Below the pieces are notes generated by a model, which was not told where the DNA came from, did not search any database, and saw nothing but the letters and a program-made list of their open reading frames with translations. A program made the position numbers and the translations under genes. DNA of 62,879 bases, filler included, from Sphacelaria rigidula (taxonomy: Eukaryota), in assembly GCA_964200075.2 (NCBI GenBank). It is 10 parts of 10 records of this genome, joined end to end, with 100 filler letters (N's around TTAATTAATTAA, not from the genome) between each part and the next. Parts side by side here need not be neighbours in the genome. Positions count along the whole stretch, not along the records: positions 25,194 to 31,391 come from CAXNAA020021572.1; positions 31,492 to 37,689 come from CAXNAA020021573.1; positions 37,790 to 43,987 come from CAXNAA020021574.1; 7 more parts are not named here. One strand, 5' to 3'. Positions 27,068 through 40,068 of the stretch are shown piece after piece; position 1 is the stretch's first letter, and each line of letters begins with the position of its first letter.

Positions 27068-28469
27068 TTAACGAGACAAGGAAAATGAGAATCATTTGGT
27101 GATAGTGATCGTGAAGTGACGGTTCACAACTTCATTATCACGAGAAATCACACCGTTTTTATCGAGTATGCTTGGATGGGAAACAAGTGATACAGAACCG
27201 GTAAAACAGCACGCGAACAGACCATCGACTTCAAGGAGGGCGACAATCACGCGCAAGGGGGTATGGGTATTGCCGCAGGTCAAAACGCGGACCGCCTTCC
27301 TTACGAGAAGGAGAAGTAACAGCAGCAGTATCAGCAGCATCGTTATTGCCAGTACATGTACGCGGCTGGGGGTGGGTCCAAATCAGCCGGTGCCGATACC
27401 GCTGCTGCTGCTGCTGCTGCTGCTGCTGCCGTTCTTACTCATGAGAGAAACCGTCCGCGTTTCGATCGTGCTACAACCCCCACGCACCTTGCACGTGATA
27501 TCCACGGTGCTGGAAAGCGCTGGTCCGTACTACCCGTCGATAGATCTATGCTTTCTCACTAGGCTAAGTGTTGGGAGATATAGCTGCGCGCATCTCTGTG
27601 TGCGAACTGTGCACGTCGGGTATGTTTCGCACGCGTGGCTGCTGCTGATGGGAATGAAGCCAGCGTCCAATACAGGGGAAAACAAGTGATACGTACTCGT
27701 ACTGAAAATGCTACTACTGTGGAAGTCGTGAGACTCTCGGTGACGGTAGAAACCGTCGAAGGTGGCCGATGATTTCCCTCGGGTTATGTAGTCAAGGATT
27801 GACCGTAAGTCGTGGGGTTGAGACAAAGTGGATCACTCGGGAAAGCTCGACGAGCGCGAGCGAGTTAGCCCGATGACGAAGTCTGAGAGTCTTGGTCAAG
27901 AGTGATCCCCAGGGATAGCCAGCAGTTCGCTGGGAAGATCCCTGTTACCTTGGGGTCCCAGGTCCAGCTGTACATATATGGAAGTTTCGGGGCTCCTGCG
28001 AACTTACCCCTGTAACAGCCGTTCACTAGGTTACACATCATAAAAGGAAATCTCTCCGCACATGCCCAAATGGCGATCTCCACATATAAGTGCGTTTACT
28101 AAAAATATCTTAAATAATCAGTATAGTAAGAAAAAGAGTTAGAGTTTTAATTCTCGAACAAAATATTACTTCAATCTTCTACTTTTTTTGGTACTGGTTT
28201 GGCTACAATTGCATGAAGCGCCTCATATGGACGATATTTTCATGAAAATCTCAAGCGTGGGAGGCCCGACTGCTCGGTGTGCTCGGCTCTTGTTGTCATT
28301 CGGATTCACGTGTAGATTTCGTCTCCTCAAATCAGCCACTTTCCTAGGGGGGGCTATCGCGGTATCAAAAATAACAAAGTATTATGGCGCTGTGTCTCCG
28401 CCACGAACTGCTCTAAACACGGTGTTCGTGAGATTGAGAGCCTATTATACGATTGACAGTGAGAAGCGG

Positions 28470-28690
28470 TCAATTATTAGACAGTTTCGACGAAAGCTTT
28501 TTTTGTCATTTCAGAGTGCAAATATCTCAGGATCAGAGTGCAGAACAAAGAAAAATCCATCGAAAAAAGTTAGGGGGATACCACAATTGACGGAGGGGAA
28601 AATATTTTTTCGTTACACACACTCTGATCCTGAGATATTCGCACTCTGAAATGGCAAAAAAGCGTTTTCCGAAACTCTTCAATGACTGAA
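28470..28690. repeat. Inverted repeat / hairpin (probable MITE)
   Basis: 28499-28540 pairs near-perfectly with 28620-28661. Confidence 0.75.
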
Positions 28691-29947
28691 ATAGTTTCAG
28701 TTCTGTAGATAATTCCTCGCCGGGCCCTATATACGCTTCACGTGCTGTGCGCGAGTCTCACGCAAATTATCATTTCTTTTTGAACTCTGAACCGATTTGA
28801 GCAAGGTCACGCAGAGCATGCTCAGCTGATGAGCAGCAATGAATGGAGCGGTGTGTTGTGGTTTGCGAGGGAAATACGATCCTTAGGTTCACGTTTGATT
28901 GCCTTGACTTGTCCGTCATGCCTTCGGTTATGCCCTCGTCAATGGGACGTTTTATGTTCCCGTTCGAGGTGTCACCAAATCATATTTGCAAAAGATATTT
29001 TTCGGCACTTTTTGGGAGGTGGTATCGCAGCAACCAATCATCGGTCGTTTTTATAAAAGTGAAAAATCACTCTGATAAGACGCAGCCTAACTCCAACCCA
29101 AGGCATAACGAGAACCCTTGAGCGAGGGGTGTGTGAAACGTTCCCTAGGCAAAGTGTGGCGTAGGCAGACCTCAAACAGCGCCACAGGCGCCGATTTTGA
29201 CGACAAAGTGCTCTGCGCACGCGAGGGGCAGTTGGGGTTGTCAGCCCCGCTAGAGATCCGAATATCGGTGTTCACGCTCGAATCAAGTCATAAAATTCTG
29301 GGAAGGTTCTAATCGACCAAGTGGTGGAAACTACTGGTATTTTGCGACACCTGCGGTCAGGCTCTCTCTCCTCGTAATACAGTAGTTCGTTCAGACTAAG
29401 GCCGACCCGTCTTGTTTCACCGTCATCACAAAACCGATGTTTCTCCTGCCATGTTGAGGCCGCAAAAAATCCCCATGTGTAACCTTCCTGACCGGAGAAC
29501 CCAATCGGAACTACAATAAATCACATCAGCAATACACTATATGAACCTCTCTTGGTAAAACTGTTCCGAAATTGTTGTAAACATATAATCTAGAAATAAG
29601 TTTTGACGCCTCGACCGTGAGGGGAGGTGAGCTGTTGCATCAGCAACAATTCGACTTGAAAAAATCATTGTCATGACCAGATGACCTACTGTCGCGGTCA
29701 AAGGGCGAACAAAAAAACGGGACACGGGCCCGTCCAACACACGGTAGGTACCAAATGAGCAGCAGCAGCCCCAAGCAGAGCCCTTGAGCCCCCCCCCCCC
29801 GCGCGCGCGCCTTCCGCCCCGCCCCCCCGCCCCAAAAAAACCGCGAACACCCTACGAGGAGTGCGCGCGAAACTATAGCATGCGCTTTTCACTCGCCCAT
29901 CATGTGTGCATTTATTGCACACGCCGACAAAAAGTCCCACGTATTAT

Positions 29948-30991
29948 TCATGACTCCGGAGAATATCCCTTAGAGGACATCTCCTCCGATAGCTCGGAAG
30001 CCACATCCTCCCGCCCCGCTGCTCGGCACGCCTCGATCGCCGCGGTATAACTTGCCAGACCCGGACTCGCACCCTGGCTCGGCATCTCCCTCAACAACCC
30101 CACAGCCTCCTCCCATCGTCCTCCTTTCGCGCACGCCCGGATCGCGATGTTATAGCTCACAACCCCTGGGGGACGCCTGTTTTCCGGCCGCGTATTGCCC
30201 GGCATCTCTCGCAGAAGATCCACGGCCGCCTGCCACTGCCCGTCCTCTCCCAGCGCTCGCATAGCCACGTTGTAACAGCCGTCCGACGGGATTTTTTTGG
30301 CGTCGCGCATCTGTCTGAAGACGCTTAGCGCCTTGGCGTCCTCCCCGGCTTCCGCGCACGCTCTCAGCGCAGTGCTGTAGGAAATCTTGTTCGCGGCGGG
30401 GAGCTTCTCCCGCATTTCCTTCAGCAACTTCAGGCACTCCTGCCACCGTCCGGCGTCCGCGCACCCGCGCATCACAATGTTGCAGCTGACGGCCCGCAGC
30501 TTGACGGCCTTGACCCGCATCTCCGTCAAAAGATCGACCGCCTTCTCCCACCTCCCCGCTTCCCCGCAGGCGGTTAGGATCGCGTGGTAGCAGACCGCAT
30601 CCGGAGCGATGCCCTTGACGGGCATCTCCCTCATGAGATGCAGAGCCTTCTCCCACTGCCCGTTGCCCGCGCACGCTCTGATGACCGTGCCGTAGTTCTG
30701 AAGGTCCGGGGTGATCCCCCGCGCCGGCATATCTTCAAAAAACTCCACAGCTTTTTCCCAACGACCATTGTCTCCACAGGCGATCATGACCGAGTTGTAG
30801 ACGTGCGGAGTCGGTTCGATGTCATTTTCTAACATCTCCCCGAAAATCTCCGCAGCTTTTTCCCACTCGCCACCCTCCCCGCACGCCTTGATCGCCGTGT
30901 TGTACACAATTCCTGTACGCTCGAGACCCTTTTGCGGCATCTCGCCGTACAATCGCATTACCTCCTGCCACTGCCCAGCACTTCCGCAAAT
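29948..30991 (-). CDS. Pentatricopeptide-repeat (P-class PPR) protein, terminal exon
   Basis: About 10 tandem 35-aa motifs (e.g. VVSYNIAIRACAKGGRWEEAVGLLREMPSQGASPG). Acceptor cccag at 30992-30996; stop at 29948. Upstream exons lie beyond the contig. Confidence 0.95.
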   Translation of the reverse strand: MCGSAGQWQEVMRLYGEMPQKGLERTGIVYNTAIKACGEGGEWEKAAEIFGEMLENDIEPTPHVYNSVMIACGDNGRWEKAVEFFEDMPARGITPDLQNYGTVIRACAGNGQWEKALHLMREMPVKGIAPDAVCYHAILTACGEAGRWEKAVDLLTEMRVKAVKLRAVSCNIVMRGCADAGRWQECLKLLKEMREKLPAANKISYSTALRACAEAGEDAKALSVFRQMRDAKKIPSDGCYNVAMRALGEDGQWQAAVDLLREMPGNTRPENRRPPGVVSYNIAIRACAKGGRWEEAVGLLREMPSQGASPGLASYTAAIEACRAAGREDVASELSEEMSSKGYSPES

Positions 30992-32535
30992 CTGGGACGT
31001 TCCGCGATAGGGAGCGGCAGGGTGGGTCGGGACGTGAAGGTTAATAATCAACCGATTTTCTCATTTTGACATTAACTGATCGCCGAGGGCCCACGCCGTG
31101 GTCGTTACTCACGAGATAGATGTATTCGAAGTGAATGCGGCGGAAATATTCGCTGAAGGAAAATCGAGAAGCGAGAATGGACATAAAGGAAAGAAGATGC
31201 AAGAACGAGATTGACATGAAAAAACAGAACCGGGGAACCCCCCCCCCCGTGCTCCGTCTCGAAAGGGATGCGCGGTCAATGGTCACACGACTAAGGCACG
31301 CAACAAATGAGTACGCCCCCCCCCCCCCCCCCCCGCGAGTCAGGCACCACCGGGATACGGTGTTTTTTTTTTTTTGCGTTACATTACTTTTNNNNNNNNN
31401 NNNNNNNNNNNNNNNNNNNNNNNNNNNNNNNNNNNTTAATTAATTAANNNNNNNNNNNNNNNNNNNNNNNNNNNNNNNNNNNNNNNNNNNNCCAAGAGTC
31501 TAGAGGTGAGGGGCTCCCTGGGGGGGGGGGGGGAAACCTGGGGGGGGGGGGTCAGTGAAAGTGCGATAATCTATCAAACAATCAATCAACCAACCAACCA
31601 ACCAACCAACCAAAGCCGCGACGAGCGATGAAGCACAAGCATCAAAACCGCAGGTAAGTGCATACGCAGAGCACTGCTGGAGCTGTGTAGGAAACTTCGT
31701 CAGTCCCGGCGTTGTTCAAATATGGATCTTCCCTGACATAGTTTGAGGTTCCTACGTACAGAGTATAAATGAAGACAGAGTGGCTATCTGCTCGTGTGAC
31801 CACTCCGAGCTGTGTGCAGTTTCGTCAGAAGCTAGTCGTGCAGCAGGTAATACGGACTTGATTTCGCATTGACAGTGCGGAGGCCATTGGATACTTTAGT
31901 GATTGAGGAACTCTTGAATGATAAAATCACATCACATATAGTACGTTCGTCAATATGGTGTTGTGACACACGTGGAGCATACTCCAAAACGATTGCCTTC
32001 ATATTCAAGGGGAGCCCAAGGCGAAATCAAAACAATAATCTCGAACACCTTGTCTCTCACAAATGCATCCATGTTTGTTTCGTTTCGTTTCGTTTCGTTT
32101 CGTTTCGTTTCGTTTCGACGTGTTTCGGCACACTTGTAACCACATCATCTTGTAATCACCTTCCTCGGGACGGATCAATGGTGTCAAGGGGTCAACCCAC
32201 CATCTCTCCCCGGTACATGCATGCTCGCATGTTGGTCTCGCGAATTGGATGATGACCATCAGCACTCGCGCACCGCGTCAACTCTCGTCAAACAAACTCA
32301 GTAAAATTTTCACACGCGGGACAGCTCATGAGCTGCAGTACCTGAGTATTACTTGTTACTAGTGTCATGATCCGGACCAGGAGCTAGCTCATTTGACCCC
32401 TTTTCCACATTTGCTCCCTCCAGCGCTGAACGCCAAGCACGCGGAGTAGCGCAAAGGTGGCGCTTTGGCGTCTCGGACCCTGCTGTCACGAAGTTGATGT
32501 TTTTGGATAAAATATCTGAGAGGTCTCTTCGATTA

Positions 32536-33148
32536 CGAGCTGGGCCAGCTAAAAAGCGGCTAAAAGTTGCCCACGCCACAGCTTTTCCAGTTTCCCGAAT
32601 GAACTCGTTGTAAGCATATCACCGTGAACTGCAGCCCCACCTGATGACAAAGGACTGCGTCGCTGTCCGATTGGCGTCGTGTTGCCGATGACGTTATTGT
32701 ACTGCATAGAGTGCGGGGTGCGTCTGATATCGTTGGGCCATAGCGTGTCGGAGTGCGTTCGTTTTTAAGTGGTGGGTTCACGTCAGCAATCACCCTGGAC
32801 TGGGCATATGTGGGATGCAGCAGCTTCACGCAAAACGTTGCACGCACGGCCTAATTCGACGACTCTTGAGCTGAAATTTCACGAAGATCTTCTGCACCCA
32901 AGGAAGTGATACATCCCGGGAGCAGCTGCAGATTCTCATTTGTTTTTCCTAGACTTATGACATTATCTTGTTTTTGCTGAAATTTCAAACCCCCATAACT
33001 TATCTGTTTTTTTTTTCCTTGCTGTTCTCGGAATGTTCTGCATGTCGGTCTTTAGAGGCTGCCGTCAAAATTTCAGGCTCCAACTCCTAACTTTACGCCG
33101 TGCGTCGCCAGAGCGAGAAAACTGCCCATTGTTGGCTGGCCCAGCTCG
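32536..33148. mobile_element. Tc1/mariner-type MITE nested in another MITE (32321-33176)
   Basis: 14-bp TIR with TA on both sides; reverse complement of 44516-45136. Confidence 0.87.
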
Positions 33149-35007
33149 TAGCTATTTTGGGTAACTCATGAGCTGTCTGGTGTGTGCAAAGTTTTCTTAT
33201 CCGACGGCGGAAATCAGGTACTTCGAAAAAAAAGAACCAAACGCATATGTCTGGTGAGAATCGACACCGCCTTATCTCGACCCTAATGGTGTCAAGTTGG
33301 ACCGTTACACCAACCACAGGGGTGTGCGCAACGTTGAATTCACACCAAACAGCGTCGATCATTCAACCCATACATTAGCATCCAAGTGGAGACAATATTT
33401 TTCGTATCTATCTCGAAGTACTCCCTTCGCATGAACGTTAAAAACAGCTGGGAGCGAGTCATGCTACGATAAGAGGGGGGAAGGGAGGGGGAGGCATTTC
33501 TTCCACGAAATTTCACTTCAAAACGTCGTTGACAGCAGCAACAGTTGTTCAAACGCACTTGTTACCGATAAATAACGCCATTCGATACTGCTTGACACCG
33601 CTTTTACCCAAATACAAGCCCGCCGCGAGTGTGTTAGGTCGTCTAGCGCACCAACGAGCCCTTTTTTCCGTGGGATCAACCCACTCGCCCCTCCATTATA
33701 GCGTGACTCAGTGTTTTGACATCAAAACCACTCAAAGTTCAAGGGAGCAATTCACTACAGTACTAGTATAATAGTTTACCAATACCGAGATCCAGATCAG
33801 ACCAGCAACTTCCTGTCAAAGCTCCAGTTCTTCAGCAACTGGGGGATAGCAAAACCTCAACTCCTCCCAGTATATAGAGAGCAGAACTCTTCCCTATCGG
33901 ATGGAGTTGTAATGTCCAAACAGCGGAGTGATGCCGCGAACCCCCCCCCCCCCCCCAAACTAAAAAAAAACCAGAAACTGCCACAAAGAAGTATCCATAC
34001 AGCTCATCGAGATGATGGGTGGTTTCAGAAACTACGCCTATACCTCACATATGTAGACTTTGCCTTGGTCCCCCTTACATCTGTGGGGGGAGGGGGGCTA
34101 TCGTGGCATGACTCAGCGTGTTCGCGGTACGCTTCCTTGCTCGGGCAGTGCCTTTCACAAGAAAACGATATCCCCGGAAGGGTTTACATCGACTTTGATT
34201 CCGTGATTTCGTTCTTGTGCCTTGATAGCGCCGGCATTGGGCCCCTGGTGCCGGCAGCAGCGAAAGCACCTCTGTGATGATGGGCGACACTTGGGCGCGT
34301 ATGACTAACGACTGGCAACACTGCATTCTGCAGCCGATCCAAGCAAGTGGTCTGCACTACTGCACCCTAAAAACAGCGTCCGACAGGGCTCGCGATGACT
34401 CGTTACTACTCAACCACGCGGGGGTACTGCATGATGTGCTCACTCTGAATCGTGGTCCATCAAAGAAATGAGACTGTACATACAACGGCTGTATTTACTC
34501 AATACTATGCAGCACATACGAGTATGATACCGCAGCATTTTTATTTTGTTTAGGACTGGTTTCTGAAAACCAGCTATATCTGTACTCTTCTTCAAAATAT
34601 TTTTCGAGATCTGGTTTCTGAGAATAGCTATATCTGCATCCCTCACAATAAACTCTAGGAGCCATGTTTCACGTAGAGAAATGGCGAAACATAAATACCG
34701 ATTGTCAACAAAAGAAATGAACAGAATAATCGTGCGTTTCGCGTGTGTCATGATCTATGCTGATTTGATCCGATCTGATATATTCTACTCTGCTCTGTGG
34801 TGTCCTGTCCTGTTTTATTCTGCCCTGCCCTGCCCTGCTCTGTGCTTTATATTGTTTTGTATCTCGTGCCCATGATGGCCGGAGAAAGTCCACGGTAACG
34901 AACGTGGACAACATATCTCGCAGTCGTGCCTTCAAGAAGATCATCGGCGGCCTGCGAGAAAAGGAAAAAAACTTCAGCAACCATGGGTCGACGGCAGTAC
35001 GGTAAGC

Positions 35008-35284
35008 TTTTTCGATCGTTGTGTTGACTGCACTACTTCAACCGTTTTCAATCGTTGTGTTGACTGCACTACTTCAACCGTTTTCAATCGTTGTGTTGAC
35101 TGCACTACTTCAACCTTTTCGATCGTTGTGTTGACAGCACTACTTCAACCTTTTTCGATCGTTGTGTTGACAGCACTACTTCAAAACTTTTCAATCGTTG
35201 TATTGACAGGATTGCTTCAACATTTTTCAATCGCTGTGGCACTACTTCAACCTTTTTCAATCGTTGTGTTGACATCACTACTTC
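35008..35284. repeat. 35-36-bp minisatellite, 8 units
   Basis: Head-to-tail TTTTCRATCGTTGTGTTGACWGCACTACTTCAACC(G), no spacers. Confidence 0.92.
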
Positions 35285-36267
35285 TTCCTGCCATTGTGGT
35301 GGTGATGATAATGGTCTAATTCACGCGCATACCTAAACACAAGAGTAATAGTCGACTATCTTTTTTTCATTCCAGCCGCGTGGTACACGTGCTTCTGATC
35401 AACATCATTGCTGAATGACCCTGCATGAGAGTCACGTCCACGGTAGGGTTGCACAAAATATCCGTCAGGTTTGAATCATCCGGAGCTCTTTGCCTCGTAG
35501 AATAATCCGAGCAAATGGAGTATGGGAAGGCACACCACGAAAATTAGCGTTCAAATGAGCTAGGAATTTCTCGAAAATATATATTTTGAAACGGGAATGT
35601 CCTCACCTATGGCCTTGCGTAGCTCCCGACTTTAGCAGCCCCTCAGTGAGGAACATCTGGGCCCACATATGCAACCTTTACCGCGGTATAGTCTCATTCT
35701 TGTATGTAATCGTACCGTCCCGTCGGGGTGTTTTGACCCAACCACGCGTGTCGGGTCATCATCCAAGTACTGCTCTAGGACCGATAGAGGCGTTGACTGC
35801 TTTTCGGATGTGTACCCGCGTTATCCGCTCACGAGAAAACAGTACGGGACGTATATTGCAAACTACACACGACCATGTTGGATCAGAACAGCATCGATCG
35901 CATCAGCTTCCTTTACCGAATGATTTTCGGTGTTTGTCCAGGGGGAAACCCAGGAAACCTAACGAGCGCACGTTCACCGCACCCTGCCTGGATAATGACG
36001 AATGGATTACGCTGTCGAGAAAGTGTACTGCGTGCAGTGTCGACTATTGTGTCTCTTGCGAAAGGCGAATAGCTTCCACAGCATACGCAGTGCACATTTT
36101 GACATTGTAATCTACCGTCCGGGGTGGGATATTTACCACTAATCTACATGCCGATATAGATCAAAGAGTAGTGTAGATGCGTATATGAGCCAGTCCACAG
36201 GGAAAAGCAAAGACGAAGACGCGATGAGGGTGCGTGGAGATGCACCAGAGCAAAACATGTCGAGAGT

Positions 36268-36364
36268 CATACATACGTACATACGTACCTACATACATAC
36301 ATACATACATACATACATACATACATACATACATACATACATACATACATACATACATACACAC
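36268..36364. repeat. (TACA)n microsatellite; others: (AC)n 12687-12728, (ACTGT)n 20084-20119, (GCT)n 27401-27429, (GTTTC)n 32077-32116, (GT)n 51709-51746
   Basis: Directly visible. Confidence 0.95.
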
Positions 36365-38613
36365 ATTTCGTCTGTCCTCGGGGTTAGGGTTTGACAAGTT
36401 AGCGTTAAGATTTGACACGAAAAACTAAGGTTGCTCAGCCATGGCATATACTGCCGCTTGGTTAACCAAAAGCAAAAATCATTTCGGGCCGAGTTTGCGG
36501 GAGTTTGTCGTCAAATCACCACCGGTGGTATAAGGATTTCTTTTGGCTGTGAGCAGAGGAAGTCAGATATAAATAAACACGGAATTTATAAATTGCGGAT
36601 TGATTTATTCTTGAGGATGGACCTCAGGAACGTTCATCGGCATCGAAATACTCTCGGAAACAAAATGCGAATGCAATATTCGGCCGCGATGCATGGCCTC
36701 GCTCATCGTAAAAAACAACATTCCATCCGCGATTTGTAAAATCTCGTGTTCACAGAGCAATATGGCAAACAAGAACAGTTTTGTATGAGAGCGAACGGGG
36801 GTCGAAATTGTTCGGCTTAGACAGGGGATTGCACTAATTTCGAGTGGATTATTTTGAGGATGAACGAGGCCATACATCACGGCCGGAGAGTGCATTTTCA
36901 TATTTATTCCGAAAACGTTGCGGTGCTTAAGAAGGTCCCCAAGGTTCATCCTCAGTGACAAATTCATCCGCGATTTGTAAAATCCCGTGTTTACAGGCCA
37001 TGATGGCACGGTGCCACCCGCCACCTGACAGGTTCGCGACGAAATCCAGCGCTCGCTGCTCGTCCTGCTACTTGCAACTAATACTATTAACAGTTTTTTT
37101 CAAGGAAACTTCCTCGAGCACGCATGTCAAGCAAGCTGGCGTCCGTTTTTACGTGTACGCTGTAGCAACATTTTCTTCGGCATCAAAGATTCGAACTCTC
37201 CTGTTGTTTGACGTAAATTTGGTTTTATTGCCAGCTATTCAGGAACGTCCACTCCTTGCCCGTCTTTCTGCTTCCCCTTTCCCCCCAGTATGTCGAGCCT
37301 GGCCCAGCGCAACCCGGCGTGCTCCGTCCCGGCTTTGTAGGGATGCGAGGCAAATAGTCATATGACTAAGGCATGCAGGATCATGAGTGCCCCCCCCCTG
37401 CCCCCCAGGTTGGCATCGAAAACACGCCACTAACAGTTTTTTTTTCTCGCTTGCATTTCTTTGCGGTAACCATGATGATGGTCGAGCTCGCTCACGTTGT
37501 GCGGGGTGGAGAATCTTGACTTCGCGCAAAGGGGGTAATTATACCACGTAATGTTTGGATGGTGAGACACCCATGAGGCAGTGTGTAACCTATGGCTATC
37601 TCTGGACGTGGTAATGTGTGTGTGTGTGTGTTGTCGTCCCATTTATTCTGGGCACCAGTCTACACCTTTCGGTACATGTGGGTGCATCANNNNNNNNNNN
37701 NNNNNNNNNNNNNNNNNNNNNNNNNNNNNNNNNTTAATTAATTAANNNNNNNNNNNNNNNNNNNNNNNNNNNNNNNNNNNNNNNNNNNNCGAGCCGGAGC
37801 ACGGGGGGGCACTAATGATCTTGCATGCCATAGTCATAACACCATTGACCTCGCATCCCTACAAAGCCGGGACGGAGCACGTCAGGCTTTCGGCGAACCA
37901 GGCTCGCAATCAACCACCAAGCGCGAAGCGTCGTGGCGTGTTCGGCGAGTCTCATAAAGAGTGAGCTGCATCCTGCTAGGATTGTTCGGCCCGAAGCCTA
38001 CTGATTACCTTGCATTTGGATGACAACCCTCAATGAAATGCTTTATTTTCTGGTATCGCCACTTCCAGATAAAGCCACGGCTTATACTCTGTCTCATGGG
38101 TGTCTCACCATCTAAACACTACGTAGCATGGCCATTTCTTTTGCGCAGAGTTGAGGTTTCCCCACGCCGTACAATATGATCTAGCTCGAACACTACCATG
38201 GTCACCGCAAAAAAGGAACGCAACCGCTCGAAACAAGTCGGTAACGCGGCTGCCTCTCTTGCGCCGTGAGTGGCGTGTTTTGCAGCGTCATCTCCAACCC
38301 ACGCCAACCATACAGAGGGTCCGCCCCTACAAAGCCTAGACGGGGCACGCCAGGCTTCCACTGGACCAGGAGGGGGGGGGGGGAGAGAGACCTCTTGAAA
38401 ACCGCCCTAAATGAGGTCGCGAAGTGCAATATTGAGCAGTTCAGCTAAAGTCCAAGAATTTGTCCATCTTGGCGATAACTTTCTACATGTTGCTGCTCAA
38501 GACGCGGATGGACAAGACACGGAGTAGCGCCACTCTACTGTCCCTCGCCAGCGCAACACCCAAGAGAGCAGAGCGCATAGCAAGCGAATGACGCTAGCGG
38601 CATGGCTACGACG

Positions 38614-38927
38614 CACCACTGAAATATGTCCCACATGTGTGTTGAACCCAAACCCTACCAGAGAAGGCATAGATAAACTACCGTCCCACATGAAGTCCTG
38701 GGCATTAAACGCTCGATGACACAAATTGGGCTCACCCATTCCTCCCCCCTTTAGTTCATCTTCCCCCTCTCGCCCGCCGCTCCCTGGGTCCCCTGACAAC
38801 CCGTCCCCGCCAGCAACACCTCCATCCAACTCCCCACCTTCATGGGCGGAGGAAGCGGCAAGACGGACAATGATTATGCGGGGCAGGGCTTCGGAGGCTG
38901 AATGGTGTTGGTGGTGAGAACGGCTTG
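38614..38927 (-). CDS. Possible exon or pseudo-exon, Gly/acidic-rich, unknown
   Basis: Open frame ...GGELDGGVAGGDG...NLCHRAFNAQDFMWDGSLSMPSLVGFGFNTHVGHISV then a GTGCGT donor; boundaries uncertain. Confidence 0.3.
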
Positions 38928-40068
38928 TCAGTAGATCCAGGGGGCCACGACGGGGTATATGGGGAAGAGAGAGGTAGGAGGCGTAGCAAAGAACTATCAG
39001 CAAGCAAACTAAAGCACTTTCGACCACATACGTATGTGAGAATGCCGATTAATATGTCCCGCGATGTGTGAACGGTCCAGACTTTGCCTTCAAATTCGTA
39101 GCGTGTAGTCCTTTATGTGTACACAAAAATAGTAATCAGCGATGCGTGCAGCGACACCCGACACACTTGTCCGGGTATGTAACCCGAAATCCAGAGTACA
39201 TGATGACGATCCACGATGAACGCGGCAGCCGTGGTCACGAGAGAGACGTATACATGTCATATACATGGAACCACTCGCTCACGGAAATTCGAGAGGCGGG
39301 GGGTGAACAAGGTAGGAGAAAAAAAACAGAGTACTGGAGAGGTAAAGGAAAGACGAGACATAACGCAAGGAGAATTACAACGACGCGCCGGATATGTGAC
39401 ACTGCGCCATCTTCTCGTGCGTTTGCAGTTCGTCTCATCTTCAACCCGCCCTCTTTCTTCCGGACGGGTCCGTGACCTCAAAAGGGATCAAGCCCTCTTC
39501 CTCTCGGGACACAATTCACATTCTAGTATCGTGGAATAAATAAGTACTACGGTCATGCGTCGACTGCCGTACAAACTCAGCCGAACAGACTCCGTAAAAA
39601 CTCAGCCAAGCAGCAGACTCCGTTTGCGACTCACGTCCTCGTATAATAGTGTAGCTTCTTCAAGGACGGGCGTGAGATACTTCCCATGACATAAAAGGCC
39701 AAAAGAGACCTATCTGGCAAGACTCGAACCCGCGTGTTTTCCCGACCCAACGGTGTCAGTTGTACAACATCATATCATCAAAGTCACAAAACACCACTGG
39801 GGTGCAGCGGCGTGTAACTCCCTAATCCCTAAATTCACTGCTAATAGCGACCAGCCTTTCTAGTTCCAATGAACCCATTAACTCAGGCGTCCCTCGATGA
39901 ACAAAACATCTCTTCGTGAGTCTCACCTGGCGTGCCCATCCCCCACGAACAACGAATGCTTTTCTTTTTTCTGCCGGGTCGGCCGGTATGAAAATGCAAT
40001 AAATATGCTGTCAACAACAGAGGCTACGCACAAAACGAATATCACGACACTAGAGCTCATTCGAACAT

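Noticed and set aside
35008..35284. 36-bp repeats resembling a CRISPR array
   Set aside because: Units are contiguous with no unique spacers, no cas genes, eukaryotic context.
37290..38370. Large inverted repeat spanning the gap at 37690-37789
   Set aside because: Arms are on different, unlinked contigs; dispersed repeat copies at contig ends.
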